From an uncultured Pseudomonadota bacterium (GTDB lineage Bacteria > Myxococcota_A > Polyangia > Fen-1088), in NCBI GenBank assembly GCA_963847705.1, contig CAWKBC010000030.1, forward strand, positions 32,001 through 96,000: a stretch of 64,000 bases of DNA, read 5' to 3'. Below are positions 31,354 to 45,011 of this stretch, piece by piece. The translations under genes were made by a program, and so were the position numbers. Numbering within the stretch: the first letter of the stretch is position 1; each line of letters opens with the position of its first letter. Below the pieces are notes generated by a model, which was not told the origin of the DNA, did not search any database, and saw only the letters and a list, made by a program, of their open reading frames with translations.

Positions 31354-33069
31354 ATGACGGAACGGAATGTGGCGCAACCGCGGCGCAACAAGCGGAGCGA
31401 TGTGGCGCAACGTGCGCGACGTGAGCATGCGTCCCACATTGGCCTCCGCCTTCGTCCGAGTCTTCGTGTGGGTCTTCGCCTGGGCCCGGTCCTTTGCGGC
31501 GTGCTCGGGCTCGGCCTCGGCTGCGCGAAACCGACCGCGCGGCCCGATGGCGGCCCGAAGGATGGAGGCGCGTCCGACGCGGCCGACGCCGCGAACGGCG
31601 GGTGTGCCGACGATTGTAAGGCGGTCGGGCTCGCCTGCAGCTTCCAGCGATGCACGTCGACGGCCTGCCAGGCCTCCGAGAGCACCGGCGAGGGGATCGC
31701 CGGTTGCATCTTCTATTCGTTGCAAGCCGACAACGTCACCGCCGACGAGAACGCCACCACCAGCTTCCTGGTGGCCAACGCCGGCCAGGCGCGCGCCAAC
31801 GTGACGCTGGAGGCGCCGCCCGGCCCAGGCGCATCGATCTGGACGGAGCTGGGGGCGTTTCAGATCGATGTCGGAGCTTCGCTTCGCATCCCTGTCCCCC
31901 CGGGGCACCAGGTGATCGCGGCCGGGGTCAATCAGAAGATGGCGCTCCGGATCTCCAGCGACCAGCCGGTGACGGTGTCCGAGCTCGAGAGCGACGACGT
32001 CGATAGCCCGGCAACCAGCAGCGGTGGAACGATGATCCTTCCGCTGCAATCGCTGGGAACCGATCACCGGGTCATCACCTATCCGCAGGAGGCGACCAGC
32101 GACGTCCAGGCGACCGCGGGCAGCCGCGGCGGAAGCGCGCGCGTGATGGTCGTCGCCACGCAGGACGGAACGACGGTCAGGTTCACCCCGGTCGGCGCGG
32201 TGACCGGCGATCCGAGCAGCGACCCGCCCGCGCCCGCCATCGACGCCGGAGCCACCTACACGGTCATGCTCGACGCGGGCGACGTGTTTCAGATCTACAG
32301 CGGCGCCATGGGCGAGGATCTGACGGGCGCCGAGGTCTGGGCCAGCGCGCGGGTGGCTGTCTTCTCGGGGAACATCTCCACCACTTACGGTTTCAATGTC
32401 ACCGGGATCAACTCAGCCGACATGGCGCACGAGCAGATGCCGCCGCTTTCGAGCTGGAGCAAGACCTATGTCGCGGCGGCCATGACGCCGCAGGCGAGCA
32501 TCGGCTGCACGTCGTTCTTTGGGATGAACGGGGCGTCGATCTGGAAGGTGCTCGCTTCGCACGACGGCACGACGGTGACCGTGGCGGGGCCGGGAATCCC
32601 CAGCGCGAACTATCCGCTCGACGCTGGCGGGGTCCTGACGCTCGTGGAGACCAGCAGCTTCACCGTCACGACCAAGACTTACCCGATTCTGGTGACCCAG
32701 GGGATCGACTGCGAGCCGAGCCTCTCGCTGGCGGTGGCGGTCGGCGCGACGACCCTCCTCACCAACCTCCCTTTCGCGGTACCGCCCAGCTTCGATCTCT
32801 TGCTGGACATCGTTCGCCCGGCGGGCGCGGAGATCCTTCTCGACACCAAGGCCGTCAGCGGGGCCATGTTCCACGCGGTGGGGCCCTACGAGGTCGCCTC
32901 CATTCCGCTCGATCCCTGCGTCCCCACCGACGGGAGCGGCGTCTGCACCCACCTGCTCGTCTCGACCTCGATGAACGGCGGGTTCGGAATGAGCCTGCGC
33001 GGGATGGACGTCGGGTCGAGCTTCGCGTTCACCACGCCCTTGGTCGGCTGCGACCTCTGCGTCAACTAG
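31354..33069 (+). CDS. IgGFc-binding-protein N-terminal domain lipoprotein
   Basis: Lipobox GLGC; ILPLQSLG, VVATQDGTTV, DLTGAEV...VAVFSGN, HEQMPPLSSWSKTYV; start uncertain. Confidence 0.8.
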   Translation: MTERNVAQPRRNKRSDVAQRARREHASHIGLRLRPSLRVGLRLGPVLCGVLGLGLGCAKPTARPDGGPKDGGASDAADAANGGCADDCKAVGLACSFQRCTSTACQASESTGEGIAGCIFYSLQADNVTADENATTSFLVANAGQARANVTLEAPPGPGASIWTELGAFQIDVGASLRIPVPPGHQVIAAGVNQKMALRISSDQPVTVSELESDDVDSPATSSGGTMILPLQSLGTDHRVITYPQEATSDVQATAGSRGGSARVMVVATQDGTTVRFTPVGAVTGDPSSDPPAPAIDAGATYTVMLDAGDVFQIYSGAMGEDLTGAEVWASARVAVFSGNISTTYGFNVTGINSADMAHEQMPPLSSWSKTYVAAAMTPQASIGCTSFFGMNGASIWKVLASHDGTTVTVAGPGIPSANYPLDAGGVLTLVETSSFTVTTKTYPILVTQGIDCEPSLSLAVAVGATTLLTNLPFAVPPSFDLLLDIVRPAGAEILLDTKAVSGAMFHAVGPYEVASIPLDPCVPTDGSGVCTHLLVSTSMNGGFGMSLRGMDVGSSFAFTTPLVGCDLCVN

Positions 33070-33140
33070 TTCGGGACCGGAGAGGTCCCGCTCCCCCGCG
33101 AAGGGCTCGGGCCGGCGAAGCCGTCCCTCCCCCACGCGAT

Positions 33141-33995
33141 CTACGGGGGCTCCGCGAAGCCGGTGGTCAGGCGATTCTTGAGGGCCTCGAGGTCGGCGCG
33201 GAGGTTGTCGTTGGTGAAGTTGTCGCGCTTGCGGCGGACGTCGAAGTAGAGGAGCACCGTCCCCAGCACCGGGATCGGCAGCATCACCATGGTGAAGAGG
33301 TCGCTCAAGAGCGAGCCGACGAAGATGGCGGAGGGGGCGACGAAGATGCTCGCCACCAGCTGCGCCACGAAGCGGACGATGGCGAAGGTCATCAGCAGCA
33401 GCGCGACCCGCAGCCAGTCCGAGCGGACCAGCGTGGTGCTCCGTTCGAGGGCGGCCCGGCCGCCCAGCCCCTCGATCAGCACCACCGGTGAGACGAAGGT
33501 GAAGAAGAGCGCCAGCACCAAGCCGGGGATCACGAAGAAGAGGCAGCCGAGGGTGATCACGATGGCCGCGGGGATGACGGCGGAGAGCAGCTTGCCGAGC
33601 CGCCGGAAGAGGAGCATCCAGACCTCGCGCCACTCCGCCTGCCCGCCCAGGATGCGATCGGCGGCGGCGATGGTGAGGGCCCCATTGGTCAATGGCACGA
33701 TGATCCCGTAGAGAAAGAACGCCGTCACCAGCGTCCCCAGGAGCCCGAGCATGTAGACGCTCAGGCTGCCGGCCAGCGCCGCCGCCGGATCGGACGACGC
33801 GGCGATGGCCAGCGTCGGACCGAGGATCGCCGCGCGCGCCATGGAATTGATGATGGCGGCGGGCACGAACAGCAACGCGCAGGTGAGGAGCAGCGGCTTG
33901 GCGTGCGCGCGGCAGAGCCGGAAGGCCTCGCCCAGGATGTCCGCCACGCCCTTCTCGGGAGCGGGTGAACCTTCGGGAATCAGCGTCTCGTCCAT
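33141..33995 (-). CDS. Integral membrane protein (YciC/GDPD-membrane-anchor-like)
   Basis: About 6 TM segments; VVLIEGLGGRAALERSTTLV, LLYFDVR; SD AAGGAGG upstream. Confidence 0.8.
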   Translation of the reverse strand: MDETLIPEGSPAPEKGVADILGEAFRLCRAHAKPLLLTCALLFVPAAIINSMARAAILGPTLAIAASSDPAAALAGSLSVYMLGLLGTLVTAFFLYGIIVPLTNGALTIAAADRILGGQAEWREVWMLLFRRLGKLLSAVIPAAIVITLGCLFFVIPGLVLALFFTFVSPVVLIEGLGGRAALERSTTLVRSDWLRVALLLMTFAIVRFVAQLVASIFVAPSAIFVGSLLSDLFTMVMLPIPVLGTVLLYFDVRRKRDNFTNDNLRADLEALKNRLTTGFAEPP

Positions 33996-34066
33996 GGGCG
34001 GTCCTCCTTCTCGAATCCGGGCGGAAGCATATATCGAAGGGGCGCGCGCGTGTTAGAAGTCGGCGG

Positions 34067-34945
34067 ATGGGCCGGCGCCCCGCATACGGTCTGGCTGGGC
34101 TGCCGTTGGCACTGGCGGTGTTGGCCCTCGCCCCGGCCGCGCGGGCCGAGGAGCAACCGCAGGTCGTGCCATCGGTCGAGGCGGCGCCAGTCCCGGCGCC
34201 CGCGCAGCCGCCGGTCGAGACGCCGTCAGTCCCGGCGCCCGCGCCGCCGCTCGAGACGCCGCCAGTCCCGGCGCCCGCGCCGCCGCTCGAGGCGCCGCCA
34301 GCTCAGGCGCCCGCGCCGCCTCCGGTGGAGACGCCCCTGGTCGCCCGGCCGCCCGAGCAGCCGTCCGAGGTGGTCGAAGCTGAGCTGCTCTCCCTCGCGC
34401 CGCCACCACGCCCCCGCCTGTCGCTGGCGGTGGGAATGGGCGCCACCCTCGACCCCACCGGGTTCGCCAACGGTGGACACTTCATCCCGGCGTTCTTCGG
34501 CGTCGGTGACATCGGCGACGGGTTGCTTGGGTTCAGCATGGGCGCGTTCTCGTCGGCGGCGTTGGGCCGGTTTCCCACCGCGGACAGCCCGGTCGATCGG
34601 CTGGCGCTCGACGCCTTCGGCGTGTTTCGGCCGGCGGCCCGCCTGCGCCCGGGGGATCAGCGCTACCGCATGCGTGTCCTGCGGACCCTGGGCGCCGAGC
34701 TCGGCCTGGGGTTCGAGCGCGATGGCCAGGTGGTGGTCTCCGGCACCCGCTGGGTGATTCACACCGGCGCGCGGATCGAGTTTCCGTTGACCTCGGGCCA
34801 GGCCAGCGAGCTCCGGCTGCGTCTGGCCGTGCGCCGGGCCTTCGGCCTCTACACCCCGGAGCTCTCGACGAATTCGGGGTCGAACGGGACCATCTCGGTC
34901 GGCGACTCGACCGAGCTCTACGCCGCGCTCGCCGTGGTCTTCTAG
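34067..34945 (+). CDS. Secreted or outer-membrane protein with Pro-rich repeats
   Basis: Signal peptide; ~4 copies of an 11-aa VPAPAPPLETP unit; beta-strand C-terminus ending in Phe. Confidence 0.7.
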   Translation: MGRRPAYGLAGLPLALAVLALAPAARAEEQPQVVPSVEAAPVPAPAQPPVETPSVPAPAPPLETPPVPAPAPPLEAPPAQAPAPPPVETPLVARPPEQPSEVVEAELLSLAPPPRPRLSLAVGMGATLDPTGFANGGHFIPAFFGVGDIGDGLLGFSMGAFSSAALGRFPTADSPVDRLALDAFGVFRPAARLRPGDQRYRMRVLRTLGAELGLGFERDGQVVVSGTRWVIHTGARIEFPLTSGQASELRLRLAVRRAFGLYTPELSTNSGSNGTISVGDSTELYAALAVVF

Positions 34946-35007
34946 CCCGGCTAGAGTTTGGCGCTGGGGCTCAGGGCCCGACCCCAGAAAGCCGATGAAG
35001 AGAGTCG

Positions 35008-35934
35008 ATGTGGTTTCGGATCACAGGTAGACCCTTGGCGTTCGCCTTCGCCGGGCTGGCGGTCGCCTGCGCAGCCGGATGCACGTCGACCGTCGAGGTG
35101 CGCCCTGCGGCCGAATCGCTGGCGCCGACCGTCGCCAGCGTGGTCGGTCTGCCGCTCTCGATCGGCTGGGGGGGCGACCCCGAGCTGCGCCGGATCCAGC
35201 GCCGCGCCAGCGACAGCCTGATCGCCGCGAGCGGCGGACACGCCGTGATCGCCGAGGAGCTCGTCACCGGCGAGGACGATGCGGCGGTCGCGGCGGCGCT
35301 CAAATCCCTGGGCGAGGACCCGAAGCGCGCGCTGACCTTCACCATCAACATCGGCATGGGCGGGCGTCTGGAGAACGGCGTGGCGGCGATCCCGGGGTTC
35401 ATCGTGGGGAAGCGGCTGGTGGTCGACTACCACGCCCACGTCGACGTCCGGCAGCTCGGCAACCGGGAGCTCATCGGGAGCGTCGAGACCGTCGCCAGCG
35501 GCGCGCCCAACGAGCCGGAGGTCGGCCCCGACGGGGAGAAGCACGCGGTGATGGAGGCGATCGACGCCGCGCTGGAGAAGGCCATCGCCACCTTCGCGCC
35601 GCGCCTCGCCTCGAACGCCTCCGGGTCGACCATCGTCGAGGTGCCGGCCGAGGCAGCCGCCAGCGTGACCCGGCGGCTGACGGCGCTCGGCACCCTCTAC
35701 CCCGAGCTCTCGCTGGATGAGATGCAGGCGCTGGCGCAGAGCCCCGAGCGGTTCCTGGTCCTCGCTCCCGGCCCGCTGGCCGCCCTGGGGATCGCGCGCG
35801 GCGATCTGCTGGGAGTCCCCGGCGGTGTGACCGCGGCCAGCCGCGCGGCACTGGCCCGCGCGGTCGCCCACGGTCTGAAGCCGGCGCTGGCCGTCGAGCG
35901 CGGCGGGCAGCGGTACGTGCTGGCGGCGCGGTAG
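35008..35934 (+). CDS. Hypothetical lipoprotein
   Basis: Lipobox AAGC; GC3-rich codon usage. Confidence 0.75.
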   Translation: MWFRITGRPLAFAFAGLAVACAAGCTSTVEVRPAAESLAPTVASVVGLPLSIGWGGDPELRRIQRRASDSLIAASGGHAVIAEELVTGEDDAAVAAALKSLGEDPKRALTFTINIGMGGRLENGVAAIPGFIVGKRLVVDYHAHVDVRQLGNRELIGSVETVASGAPNEPEVGPDGEKHAVMEAIDAALEKAIATFAPRLASNASGSTIVEVPAEAAASVTRRLTALGTLYPELSLDEMQALAQSPERFLVLAPGPLAALGIARGDLLGVPGGVTAASRAALARAVAHGLKPALAVERGGQRYVLAAR

Positions 35935-36025
35935 TCGCGGCGGGGGCGTCGGGCTCTGCCCGGTGACGCTCGCCGTGGGGGTGCAAAGGACCCTTCGAGG
36001 GCCCTTTCGTGAGTAGACTCGCCGG

Positions 36026-37994
36026 GTGTTGCGGACCGCCGCGCGCTTCCTGCCGCTCGCGGCGCTCTTGCTGTTCATCGCCGGGCTCTCGCTCTGCCCG
36101 ATGGCGGAGTCGGATTCTGTTTTTCCACCTCAAGGCGGGGCAGGAGATCCTGGCGCGGCACGGCCTCCCCGGGCGCAACCTCTATTCGTTCACCGCCCCC
36201 GACTACCCGGACCTGGACACCTCCTGGCTCGCCGAGGTCGGCGCCGCGGCGCTCTTCGCGCGCGGTGGCTTTCCCGCCATCGTCGTGGCCAAGACGCTGG
36301 TCCTGCTGAGCGCCTTCGCGGGCGCCTACGCGCTTTGCCGGCGGCGGGGCGCCGGTGCGGTGGCGAGCGCGCTGGCGCTGGCGGCCGCGGCGTTCGTGGG
36401 GCGCGACCGCTTCGTCGAGCGACCGCATCTCTTCTCTCTGGCCGGTGCGGTGGCGACGCTGGCGGCGATCGACGCCCTGCTGGAACGACGGTGCGAAGCG
36501 GCGGCGGCCGCGCGCGCGGCGGCCTGGTTTCTGGGTGCCGTCGTGGTGTGGGCCAACTTGCACGCCGGGGTGTTCGTGGCGCCGGTCCTCGTCGGAGCAG
36601 CGGCGGTGGCGACCGCGACCGTCGGGCGCGACCGCCTGGGGGCGCGGCGGCTCGCCCTCTTGGCCGCGGGCGCGGCGCTGGCGGCGCTGGTCACGCCGGT
36701 GGGGTGGGGTCTCATCCGATACCTGCGCCTGCATCTGGTGCTCCCGGCGCTTCATCCGGTCGACGAGTTCCGTGCGCCGACCTGGCTCTCCGACGGGGCG
36801 CTGGTGGTCTACGCGGGCGCCTTCGTCGTTGCCGCCACGTTCCTGGTGGCGATCGGCAGGGGCCCCGCGCGCGCGCGGACCTTCGTGCTGCTCGCGCCCG
36901 TCCTGCCGCTCGGGATTCTGGCCGCCCATTCGGTCCGTTTCGGCGCCGACTTCGCGCTGGTGGCGGCGCCGGTCCTGGCGATCGCCGGGACCGTGGCCGC
37001 GGATCGCCTGGCGCTGCGGTTCCCCGGGGTCGCGCCCAGCTTGCGGTCCCCGCTGCCGGCTGTTGCGACGGCCGCGCTGCTGATCGGCTTTGCGGTCGCG
37101 CCGCGGCTGGCGGCCGGGTCGACGTCCGGGATCGGCCTCGACACGCGCGAGCTGCCGCTCGCGGCGATCGCCTTCGCCAACGACAATGGCCTCCGCGCGC
37201 GGATGTACAACGACTTCGAGCTCGGCTCGTACCTGTTGTTCGAACCGGTGGGCGGCTACCCCCGGCACAGGGTCTTCGTCGATCCCCGGCTGCCGGCCTA
37301 CCCGCCGGAGATGCACCGGTTGCTGGGGCGGAGCGATCTGACACGCGACGAATGGCAGGCCGCGATGGATCGCTATGGCGTCGACAGCGCGCTCCTCGCC
37401 TACGCGGGGATCAACCGGCGGGTCGCCTGGTGGGACCCGGCGCGCTGGGCGCTCATCTTCAGCGGAGGTGACGCGCGCATCTTCGTGCGACGGCTGCCGC
37501 GCTTCGCCGCGCTCATCGCCACGCACGAGATCCCGGCCACGTTCGGCTTTTCGGTCGAGGAGGGGACGACGACGCTGCCGCTCGAGGCCCGACCGCCGGC
37601 GTCCCCGGTCAGCGAGTGCGAGTGGAGCCGGCGGCTCGGCGATCTGATGTTCGAGCTGGACGGCGCGCTCAGCGAGCGGGCGCGCGCGGCCTACGCGCGT
37701 GCGCTGGCGTCGCCGGTCGGCTGCCTGGCACCCGCGGACGAGTCGCGGCTCGGCGCCTGGCTGGGCGCGGTCGCGCTCGGCACACAACGACCGGCCGAGG
37801 CGCTCGCCTTCCTCGAGCGCGCGCTCGGCGCCGGAAATCGCGAGCTCTCCACCTTCACCGATCGCGCGGCGGCGCTGGAGGCGCTGGGACGACGCGCCGA
37901 AGCGGCCGCCGCCTGGAGCGACGTCGCCAGGCGCGCCGGTGATTCCCCCCTCGCTGTCCGCGCCCGCGGCCGCGCGGCGCGGCTCGGGAACTAG
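36026..37994 (+). CDS. Polytopic membrane protein (GT-C-like family) with C-terminal TPR, frameshifted at ~36115
   Basis: Deleting one T in GATTC (36113-36117) yields MAESDLFFHLKAG...; WANLHAG, YNDFELGSYL, VFVDPR motifs. Confidence 0.75.
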
Positions 37995-38147
37995 CCCCCA
38001 GCTCCCAAGATTCGTCACATCGCCGGCGCCGAGCTGGCGTTCCGCGCCCGCATTCCGGCCGATTGTTACGTCACGACCGGACAGCCGCCGACTCGATGAA
38101 GTGGCTGGCTCCGATCGCGACGAACCGCGGGAGCCCCGAACTGGCCC

Positions 38148-40011
38148 CTAGTTTCTCCGGCCCTCGAAGGTGGCCGTGACCTGCGAGCTCCCCAGGCTGG
38201 TCCGGAGGGTGACCGACCAGGTGGCGGCCGGGGAGGTTCCGGTGCCGTCGGAGCCGAGGCGGTCGGCCAGTCCGCCGCCGGACTTTTCAATCAGCGGCGC
38301 CGTCCCGGAGAGCGAGAGATCGAGGCCGGTTCCGTCGGCGGCGGCGAACGCGCCGTCGAGCTTCGCGGCGAGCGCCCCCAGGCCGCTCGAGCAGGCGCTC
38401 ATCAGGCAGCCGGCGGGGCGGGCCGCGGCGGGACAGACGACGCCGTCGAGCGCGCCGCAGCCGGTGGCGGTGCCGCCCGGCGTCTGGGCCAGCGAGAACA
38501 GCACCGCGAGGAATGACGGGACGTCGGCCGGCAGCCCGCGGGGGACGAGCGCCAGCGGTCCGAAGGCGGCGTGCGCCGCGGTGCCCAGCCGGAGCGTGAA
38601 GCCGTGGTTCCCGATCACCAGAGCGTCGTCGCTCACGGTGGCCGAGGTATAGGCCTGCAAGATCGGCAGGGCCAGCGAGGCCAGCGTCACGGGGACCTGC
38701 GAGGTGGGGCCGAACTCGGCGCCCGTCAGGAGGTGCGTGACGGCGTAGCTGCCGGCGGTCCCGCTCGGCGCGACGGTCAGCTGCGAGACGAGCTGCACGC
38801 TGTCGAGGATGGAGGCGGCGTCGTCGGCGATCTCCGGCAGCGCCAGGAGCGTCGGCGGCGTCGGGCTGCCGAAGAGGCTGAGCGCCAGCGCGTCGAGGCT
38901 CTCGTTCCCGGCCGCGTCCTGCGCGCCTCGACAACGAGAGGGGCCCCCGGCGCCGTCGGCCAGCAGGACACCGCGCAGCGCCGCGATCGCGTCACCGAGG
39001 GGGCCCTCTGCGCCGGGCGCCGTCGCCGGGACGCAGTCGAGCGGGTCGGCGCTGGTGGCTGGCGAGAGGGCGTCGGCCGTGCAGTCGAGCCAGAGCTGGG
39101 CCGGATTCGAGCGGGCAGTCCGAGAGATCCGTCCAGGGCGCGGCGACGGCCGCGGCCGCCGCCAGCGGTGGCGCAAACTTCAGCGTCGACGTCACCGTGT
39201 AGGTGCCGACCGGGTCGGGGAACCAGTCGGTGAGCGGCAGCGCGACCTCGACGGTTTCGTTCGGCAGCAGGATCGACCCGGGAATGTCGACGCAGCCGGT
39301 GGCGACCAGCGTCCCTCCCGAGTAGGCCCGCCCGACGGCGGCGCTGACCACCGTCGTGCTCACCACGTCGAAACGAGCGGGGGTGGCGAGCCCGGTCAAG
39401 GTGACCTCGGGACGCACGGGCGTGGGCGGCGCGTCGAGATCGAGATCGGCGCAGGAGACAGGGTCGTAGATGAGGACGTCGATCGTCGCGTCGGGCGGCA
39501 GCGGGCTGCTCGACGGTGCCACGAACGGCGCCACCAGGACCGTCCCCGTGGGCCCCGTGGCGACGATGATGGTGACGTCGGCGGTGGCGGCGCCGATCTG
39601 CGCCTCGACGCGGAAGTCGGCCAGCCCGGCGCGCACGATGACGGAGACGCTTCCGTCGGCGCCGGTGATGCCCGACGGCGCGGCGACGGTGGCCCCCTGG
39701 ACGCCGGCGGTGGACGAACCGATGGTGGTGAACGAGACGGTCTGGCCGGGGACCGGGTGGCCGCCGTCGGTCAGGATGAAGGTCAGGGTCGCCTGCGCGT
39801 TGGGACTGAGCTCGAGCGGCTGCGTGGTCGCGGTGGCGGTGAGAATGAAGTCTCCCGTTCCGACCCCGCTGCTGCCTCCAGAGCAGCCGTCGCCTGCCGT
39901 TGCCGCGACGAGCAGGGCCACCGCGCAGGCGACGCGCCCGCTTGTGGACAGGCTGTGGATTCTTTTGCGCTGGATTGCCCGCGCCGGCAGGGCCAAGCTC
40001 GATCGCCGCAT
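38148..40011 (-). CDS. Secreted/lipoprotein with Big-1 Ig-like domain, frameshifted at ~39106
   Basis: Hydrophobic leader with GDGC, PVPGQTVSF...TGADG Ig motif; deleting one base at 39104-39108 gives DCPLDPAQLWLDC joining ORF 38148; start uncertain. Confidence 0.65.
39943..39962 (-). promoter_or_regulatory. Two tandem DnaA-box-like 9-mers upstream of dnaE
   Basis: TGTGGACAG (39943) and TGTGGATTC (39954), 11 bp apart, each 7/9 match to TGTGGATAA. Confidence 0.4.
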
Positions 40012-43677
<3,666 letters not shown>

Positions 43678-43686
43678 GCGGCGGCG

Positions 43687-44406
43687 CTACTCGCAGGTGA
43701 GCGTCGTCGCGTTGCAGGCGAGCGGCGGCAGGCAGTCGTCGGTCGTGTTGCAGGCGCCGCCCATCCCCTGGAACGGGAAGCAGGTCCCCAGGGTTCCGCT
43801 GCCGCCGATCGAGGTGACGTTCTGGCCGGTCCCCTGCGACAGACAGTAGGCGCCGCTGACGCACTCCTCGGTCATGTCACAGCGCTCGCCGACGGGGATA
43901 TAGCCCGTGAAGAGGTTGGCGCAGGCCGGGTTGTCGAGCGCCACCTGGACGTCGGGCTCGGTCTGACCGGCCAGGGCCGCGCAGCTGGTGCTGGCGTAGG
44001 CGCTGACGCAGGTCGTGGCGATCGTCGGGTCGATCGTCAGCAGCCCTTCACCGACCGCGGTCGTCACCAGCGCGAGCTGCTGGTCCGCCGAGAGCGTCGC
44101 GCGATCGATGCAGCTGGAAACCCCGCCATCGGTGGCCGCGGCGTCGCTGTCGCCGCTGCACGTGCCGGGGGCCGCCGTTGCACCACCATCCCGGTTGGTC
44201 GAACCGTCCGGGAGCGTGGTGCCCGCGGGCGAGCCGCAGCAGGCGGCCTGCGCGGTGCAGAAGGCCTGCGCCAGCAGGGAGGCCAGCGTGGTGGTCGAGC
44301 CGGGGACGGGCGTCGCCGAGCCGGAGCCCGAGGTGCAGCCGACCAGGGCCGCCAAGAGCAGCGTCAGGAATGTGGCGCTTCCACGACCGCAAAGACGGTT
44401 TCGCAT
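43687..44406 (-). CDS. Cys-rich lipoprotein
   Basis: Lipobox LVGC; many cysteines (CDMTEECVSGAYC, CNTTDDCLPPLAC). Confidence 0.78.
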   Translation of the reverse strand: MRNRLCGRGSATFLTLLLAALVGCTSGSGSATPVPGSTTTLASLLAQAFCTAQAACCGSPAGTTLPDGSTNRDGGATAAPGTCSGDSDAAATDGGVSSCIDRATLSADQQLALVTTAVGEGLLTIDPTIATTCVSAYASTSCAALAGQTEPDVQVALDNPACANLFTGYIPVGERCDMTEECVSGAYCLSQGTGQNVTSIGGSGTLGTCFPFQGMGGACNTTDDCLPPLACNATTLTCE

Positions 44407-44606
44407 GGGCGCCATCAATAACATGAGGACCCGGGCTCCCGCGCGTGATACGCGTCGCGCCGCCGCGCGTCGCGCCGCGTCGGATTCAGGCGATGGATGG
44501 CCTCTAGGGGCTGGTTTGAAAGAAGCTCAGACACTATGCTCGGAGCATCTTGTCGCGGGAAACGACCCGTCCGAGACCTAAGACTAAGACTAAGGCTGTG
44601 CCGGTG

Positions 44607-44864
44607 ATGACCGTTCGTCTGCTCTTGCAGGATGTTGCCGAAGGAATTCGCGTGCTTCAAACGCGCGACGGCGTCGATCTGACCGACGAGCAGATCCTCG
44701 AGCGGGCGCGCAACATCGTGACCGGCCTGCTCGGGAACTATCGGATCCGTTCGATCGATCCGCGCGAGCCCCGTGAGCCGGAAGAGGTTCACCAGATGGA
44801 CCTGCTCGACCAGATCGAAGCGCGCGCCGAAGCGCGCAACAACGGCCGTCCAGGCCGCGCCTAG
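44607..44864 (+). CDS. Small hypothetical cytoplasmic protein
   Basis: Protein-like composition (DLTDEQILERARNIVTGLL); start uncertain. Confidence 0.6.
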   Translation: MTVRLLLQDVAEGIRVLQTRDGVDLTDEQILERARNIVTGLLGNYRIRSIDPREPREPEEVHQMDLLDQIEARAEARNNGRPGRA

Positions 44865-45011
44865 CTTCGTTCCTTTCGGCGCGGCACCGGCGCCCGAGGT
44901 GGCGTCGGTGTTGGTCTGGAGGTGTTTGGCTTCCTTGCCGCGCCGGCTCAAGGTCTGTTCGGACTGGCCGATCCTTGAGGGGAACGAACGGGCCGAGATC
45001 TCTTAGTTTTC

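Noticed and set aside
38809-40011. 400-aa N-terminal extension of DnaE
   Set aside because: Antisense shadow of the minus-strand gene; DnaE homology begins at MPDFTHLHLH (40012).
44573-44596. TAAGAC microsatellite as a regulatory or phase-variation site
   Set aside because: Only about three short units with no supporting context.
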